This document shows positions 59,757 through 64,000 of a DNA stretch of 64,000 nt, in pieces; position 1 is the stretch's first letter; the number at the start of each line of letters is the position of its first letter. Both the position numbers and the translations under genes were made by a program. The stretch covers positions 128,001 through 192,000 of the forward strand of contig CBFGTS010000008.1 in the NCBI GenBank assembly GCA_965652295.1, given 5' to 3'. The notes under the pieces were generated by a model. That model saw nothing but the letters and a program-made list of their open reading frames with translations, had not been told where the DNA came from and ran no database searches. This DNA comes from an uncultured Haloferula sp. (GTDB lineage: Bacteria > Verrucomicrobiota > Verrucomicrobiia > Verrucomicrobiales > Akkermansiaceae).

Positions 59757-59791
59757 ACAAAAGGCGCGGCCCCGGCAAGGACCGCGCGCTT
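59757..59791 (-). terminator. Probable terminator after the small basic protein gene
   Basis: Minus strand GCGCGGTCC-loop-GGGCCGCGC followed by CTTTTG. Confidence 0.6.
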
Positions 59792-59818
59792 CTGTAAGGA
59801 ACAGGAAGCGGCCGGGAA

Positions 59819-59974
59819 TCAGGCCTCGCCCTTGGTCTTCGGGAGACCGATGGGGCTGCGGCCTTCCTGCCACTGGCCACGGGACTTGAGAACCTTGATG
59901 CGCTCGAAACGCTTCATCACAGAGCGCTTGCCTTCGGCGCCGCCCTTGAGCTTGAGACTGTTGTGCTTGGACAT
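59819..59974 (-). CDS. PVC-superphylum small basic signature protein (TIGR04137-like)
   Basis: Below the ORF-track cutoff. Manual translation: MSKHNSLKLKGGAEGKRSVMKRFERIKVLKSRGQWQEGRSPIGLPKTKGEA (51 aa). Confidence 0.9.
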   Translation of the reverse strand: MSKHNSLKLKGGAEGKRSVMKRFERIKVLKSRGQWQEGRSPIGLPKTKGEA

Positions 59975-60010
59975 GGGAAAAAATCGCGGTTTGCCTGACG
60001 CGGGGCGCGG

Positions 60011-60039
60011 AAACTAGGAGCAGACCCCGGCCATGGCAA
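60011..60039 (-). promoter_or_regulatory. Putative sigma70-type promoter of the small basic protein gene
   Basis: Minus strand TTGCCA-N17-TAGTTT. Confidence 0.55.
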
Positions 60040-60197
60040 GGCGAAAGACGCGGGAGATTTTTTGCCGAAGGTCCGGGGCGGGGGAATCGATCGGGTTTCA
60101 GATCAGGGGGAATAGGGGCTCGGAGGGAATGGCGTTGACAGGAGGAGAGGGGGGATGGATGAGGATGCGACATGCGTGGAAGAGTTTTTCTCAAGTC

Positions 60198-61763
60198 ATG
60201 AATGCGCGGAACCTTATCCTGGTGGGTGCCGCCTGGACGGTGGCGCTCGGGGCCGGTTTCGGAGTCCGGAGAGCCATGCAAAATCCCGGTCCCGGGGCAT
60301 CGGACCGTGATCCGGACATGGGCGAGGAACGAGCGGTGCCGGAAGCGAAGCATGGCAGCCCGTCTTCCCCGGGGGGAGTGGACGTGGAAAGCCAGGTCCG
60401 CGAGTTGATGGCACGGGCGGACGGGACGCGCTCGCGGGATACGCTGGAGACGATTCTGGAGATCGATCCCGTGGCGGAGTATGGCAGGCTGGCGTTGTGG
60501 ATGGTGGATGCCAGCGGGGAGGAAATCGGAAGCTACTGGGACGCCTACCGGCAGCGCGAAAACCGCAGCAACGAGGTCAACGACCTGATTTTCATCAACT
60601 GGACCCGGGCCGATCCCGAGGCGGCGGTGACGGCTTCATCCGGGACGGATGACGAGCACTATGCCTGGTGGGCATGGGCCTGCCATGATCCCGGCAAAGC
60701 CTTGGCGGAGGTGGTGGTGCGGGATCCGGAGCGGTTGAACAACGTCACCTGGGGCATTGGGGAATTCCACGCGGAGTGGGCGATGAAGCACTTCGATGAG
60801 ATTCCCGAGGAAGCGAGGGACAATATCTTCCGCGGGATGGTGAAATGGGACGACACCGCGGACCCGGGAGCGATCCTCGATTTCCTGAGTGAGCATGGCC
60901 GCGGGACCGACGGGCGGATGTTCCGGGCGTTGGTGCGCAAGGACCCGTGGGCGGCCTACGACCGGGTCATCGGAGGAGGCGGACGGGTTTCGGAGCCATG
61001 GACGGGCGACAACTCCATGGATGTTCTCATCTCCACGATGGCCAGTGCCCACCCGGATCTGCTGGAAAGGATGTCGCAACTGACGCCGCCCGGTGAGTTG
61101 AAGCGGAAAATGGAAGCGTCCGCTTTCGACAGCCTGCTCGACAAGGACCCCGAGGCGGCCGTCGAGCTGGCATTGGCCCAGAAGGCGCCGCTTGCCGCTG
61201 CGAATCAGCTCAGCAAGGTGGGAAAGAGCCTGCTTGAGAGCGATCCCGATCGGGCGTTCGAGATGGCGGAGCGCTTGTTCGATCTGCCGCAGGATGCCGT
61301 CCTTGGCAGGACCCGGGTGGAGTATTCATCGGGCACATCGAGCCACGGTGGAAACGGGGGAAACGACGGATTCCTCTCCCTGCTGGTTGCGGAGGACGCC
61401 CGGCGGACCATGGACCTGGCCATGAATGCCGGTGGGGCGGAAAGTGGTCATCACGAGACGGTGGAACTCGTCGCCGACAGCTGGCTGCAACAGGATCTCT
61501 ATGGGTTTTCGGAGTGGGCGGCGGAGCTTGAGACTTCTCCGCAGCGGACCGTGGCCATCAACTCGCTCGTCAACCACCTTTCCAACGAGAGTCTCCACCT
61601 CGAAGCCGTGCAGTGGTGTGCGACCGAGGAGACCTTGCGAAGTTCCTTGCCGTGGCGGGTGCAGAGGTGGGCCCAAGCCGATCCCGACGGAGCCCGTGCC
61701 TGGGTCGAACAGGCGGATCTGAACCCGGCGGAGCGGATCTCCATCGAACAACAACTCAAATGA
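60198..61763 (+). CDS. Hypothetical membrane-anchored helical-repeat protein
   Basis: N-terminal hydrophobic anchor; recurring W..xDPxAA motifs. Confidence 0.75.
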   Translation: MNARNLILVGAAWTVALGAGFGVRRAMQNPGPGASDRDPDMGEERAVPEAKHGSPSSPGGVDVESQVRELMARADGTRSRDTLETILEIDPVAEYGRLALWMVDASGEEIGSYWDAYRQRENRSNEVNDLIFINWTRADPEAAVTASSGTDDEHYAWWAWACHDPGKALAEVVVRDPERLNNVTWGIGEFHAEWAMKHFDEIPEEARDNIFRGMVKWDDTADPGAILDFLSEHGRGTDGRMFRALVRKDPWAAYDRVIGGGGRVSEPWTGDNSMDVLISTMASAHPDLLERMSQLTPPGELKRKMEASAFDSLLDKDPEAAVELALAQKAPLAAANQLSKVGKSLLESDPDRAFEMAERLFDLPQDAVLGRTRVEYSSGTSSHGGNGGNDGFLSLLVAEDARRTMDLAMNAGGAESGHHETVELVADSWLQQDLYGFSEWAAELETSPQRTVAINSLVNHLSNESLHLEAVQWCATEETLRSSLPWRVQRWAQADPDGARAWVEQADLNPAERISIEQQLK

Positions 61764-63502
61764 TGAAGGAACTTTCACCCACTCTCCGTTCCGCGGTCTT
61801 CGCCGGGGCGGGGGCGATGCTGTTGCTCGGCTGGACTCTGGGCGGAAAAAGGGAGGAGGCCGCCCATGAGGAGGTGCTCTCCCGCGCGGATGCCAGGCTG
61901 ACGGATCGCGCGGCGCGGCCCGACGGCAAGTATCGTACTCCGGACCACGCGGTGAGCCGTGTTGCGGCGATCCGTGCGCTTTCCTCCCGCGGCGAGCAGA
62001 TGCGGGCGACGATCGCCTTGGTGAACTCCCTGACGCTTGAGGAGCTGGCGGAGTGGATCGAAGGCCGTTGGTTCGATCACGGAGGGGACTTCAACCTCAC
62101 GCTCTTCAACAAGATCGCGGAGAAGCGTTGGCAGACCGAGGATCCGGACGGCTACCTCGCTTACCAGATCCGGCAGGGCGGGGGGTCGGCGTATGAGGCC
62201 ATGGATCGCCTTGCACGGGAGGACCCGGAGCGATTGTTTGCGTATTTCAGGGAGCATCCGGATGCGTCGATGGAGCTAAGCTTGCTCCAACGGGTCGCCA
62301 ACGACCACCCGGACCTCGCTTTGGCTCGCGCCCGCGAATTGATCGAATCCGGCGTGGGGCTGGGGGACTCGGTGCGGCACCAATTGGGCTACACGCTCCG
62401 AACCATCGCTGCCAAGGATCCTGCCTTGGTGGAGGGTTTGTTGGAATCCGTGCCGACGTTCTTCGCGCGCGAAATCGAACGGGGGATCGTGTCCAAGGGA
62501 CTGCAGGATTCGTTCTCAGAAACGATGCGGGATCTCTGGGGCCGGGCGGATGGCTGGAGCCTCTTCAGCGGGGCGGATTTGGAAGGAAAGGGCGGGAAAC
62601 TGCTGGCGGAGATCCACGATCTGCCTGCCGCCTGGAAAAACATGATCGCCCAGCAGCCTCATTCGGTCATCGACGGCGAGAACGCCGCCCAGTGGCTGGG
62701 CGTGGATTTCAAGGGGGCTGGTTTCACCGACAAACAGGCCAAGGATATCGTTTCCCGCTCTCTTATGTATCTTGCGAGCGAAGACCCTCAGGAGACGCTC
62801 CGCCAGATGGACAAGTGGGAGATCTCGGAGAATGACCGGAACAATCTGATTCAAAGGATCTTCGGAGCGAACTCTGTCGAGCAAACGAGGGCGCTACTGG
62901 ACAGCCTCCCCTCCGACCAAGAGAGGGCGAAAGCGGCGGGCATGCTGGAGGCGAGGATGCGACATGAAACGGTGGACCAAGTCACCGCCCCCACGACTCC
63001 GAAGGAGTGGATGGAAACGCTGAGCGGAATGGATGAGGCATCGGTTTATCCTCTGGTCAGTCAGCTGAGGAATTGGAACTCGGAGAAGATCGCTGAAATC
63101 ACGGCGGGGTTCCATGACCTGCCGGCGGAGACCAAGGACAAGCTGGCGGCCTCGCTGCTCGACTATGGCAACTCCGTGGATCCCGCGCTGCGGGGTGAGG
63201 CGGTGAGGCATCAACTGACATCGGCGTCGGACGAGAGTGGAAATCCCTCAGACGACCCCTTCCGCGGTAGGAATCCGGAGGAGCGTGCGTCCGCCCTCGC
63301 CGTGGAGTGGATGAAGTCGGACCCTGGAGCGGCTAGCCAATGGGTCAACTCACTGCCTGCCGGCGATGCGAAGCTCTGGGCCCAGAAGAACCTCGCGCGG
63401 AACTGGGCCCTCTACGATCCGGACTCGGCGAAGCTGTGGGTCAGCTCGCTGCCGGGCCATGCCAAGACGGAAGTGACGCAGTTCCTGAAAGACAAAGAAT
63501 AG
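61760..63502 (+). CDS. Hypothetical membrane-anchored helical-repeat protein
   Basis: ATGA overlap; N-terminal anchor; WMKSDPGAASQWV and WALYDPDSAKLWV repeats. Confidence 0.75.
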   Translation: MMKELSPTLRSAVFAGAGAMLLLGWTLGGKREEAAHEEVLSRADARLTDRAARPDGKYRTPDHAVSRVAAIRALSSRGEQMRATIALVNSLTLEELAEWIEGRWFDHGGDFNLTLFNKIAEKRWQTEDPDGYLAYQIRQGGGSAYEAMDRLAREDPERLFAYFREHPDASMELSLLQRVANDHPDLALARARELIESGVGLGDSVRHQLGYTLRTIAAKDPALVEGLLESVPTFFAREIERGIVSKGLQDSFSETMRDLWGRADGWSLFSGADLEGKGGKLLAEIHDLPAAWKNMIAQQPHSVIDGENAAQWLGVDFKGAGFTDKQAKDIVSRSLMYLASEDPQETLRQMDKWEISENDRNNLIQRIFGANSVEQTRALLDSLPSDQERAKAAGMLEARMRHETVDQVTAPTTPKEWMETLSGMDEASVYPLVSQLRNWNSEKIAEITAGFHDLPAETKDKLAASLLDYGNSVDPALRGEAVRHQLTSASDESGNPSDDPFRGRNPEERASALAVEWMKSDPGAASQWVNSLPAGDAKLWAQKNLARNWALYDPDSAKLWVSSLPGHAKTEVTQFLKDKE

Positions 63503-63503
63503 T

Positions 63504-64000
63504 TCAGGTCCCGAAGAGCCGGTCGCCGGCGTCGCCGAGGCCGGGGAGGATGTAGCCTTTTTCGTTCAGGCAGCGATCGAGCGCGGCGGCGAAGACGGGG
63601 ACATCCGGAAGAGCGTCTTCCATGGCCTTCACGCCTTCGGGGGAGGCGACGAGCACGGCCAGCGAAACATGCCGGGCTCCGGCCTCACGGAGGGTGCGGA
63701 TGGCTTGGATGGCCGAACCGCCGGTGGCGAGCATCGGGTCCAACACGATCACATCCGAGTTTTCCAGATCGGCCGGCGCTTTGAAGTAGTAGGGTTCGGG
63801 CAACAAGGTGCTCTCATTCCGCGCCAGACCGATGTGGGCGACGCGGGCATCGGGAAGCAGGTCGAGAAAGCCGTCGAGGAAGCCGATGCCGGCCCGCAGG
63901 ATCGGGGCGAGGACGATCGCCCGCTGCAGCGCGACGCCGGAAGTCACCTCCAGCGGGGTTTCGCAGGAAACCGCACGGGTGGGGAGGTGGGCGGTGACGG
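63504..64000 (-). CDS. upp: Uracil phosphoribosyltransferase (5' end outside the window)
   Basis: PILRAG, VLDPMLATGGS, GYILPGLGDAGDR. Confidence 0.96.
   Translation of the reverse strand, partial: VTAHLPTRAVSCETPLEVTSGVALQRAIVLAPILRAGIGFLDGFLDLLPDARVAHIGLARNESTLLPEPYYFKAPADLENSDVIVLDPMLATGGSAIQAIRTLREAGARHVSLAVLVASPEGVKAMEDALPDVPVFAAALDRCLNEKGYILPGLGDAGDRLFGT

Noticed and set aside
60135..60165. Perfect TTGACA -35 box
   Set aside because: No credible -10 element at 16-18 nt spacing.

Overview
High-GC bacterial chromosomal window, most likely Verrucomicrobiota (Luteolibacter/Haloferula-like). The assignment rests on a PVC small basic signature protein, a Verru_Chthon-like pseudopilin cassette and lineage-typical expanded protein families. 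Most of the window is housekeeping or core: rpoZ, smpB, rpsO-pnp, lysS, an ABC-F ATPase, an LptD-like gene, mpl, acs, a pseudouridine synthase and upp. Larger modules are a divergent MoxR/DUF58/BatA/vWA cluster with an embedded HtrA protease (18.6-31.7 kb), a pilin/pseudopilin cassette (33-41 kb), a lectin-domain Ser/Thr kinase and a histidine kinase with a plant-type ethylene-binding domain. The most unusual part is an accessory region at ~48.45-54.5 kb. It holds a ~180-220 nt rod-like inverted-repeat element, a translationally coupled three-gene locus resembling a non-Rhs polymorphic toxin system (accessory protein, secreted Ca-repeat protein with a DUF2515-like C-terminus, membrane-anchored partner), an attC-like site followed by an SRPBCC gene cassette, and an IS30 transposase remnant. 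No rRNA, tRNA, CRISPR array, integrase or reverse transcriptase was recognised. All family calls come from motif recognition by eye, not from database searches.
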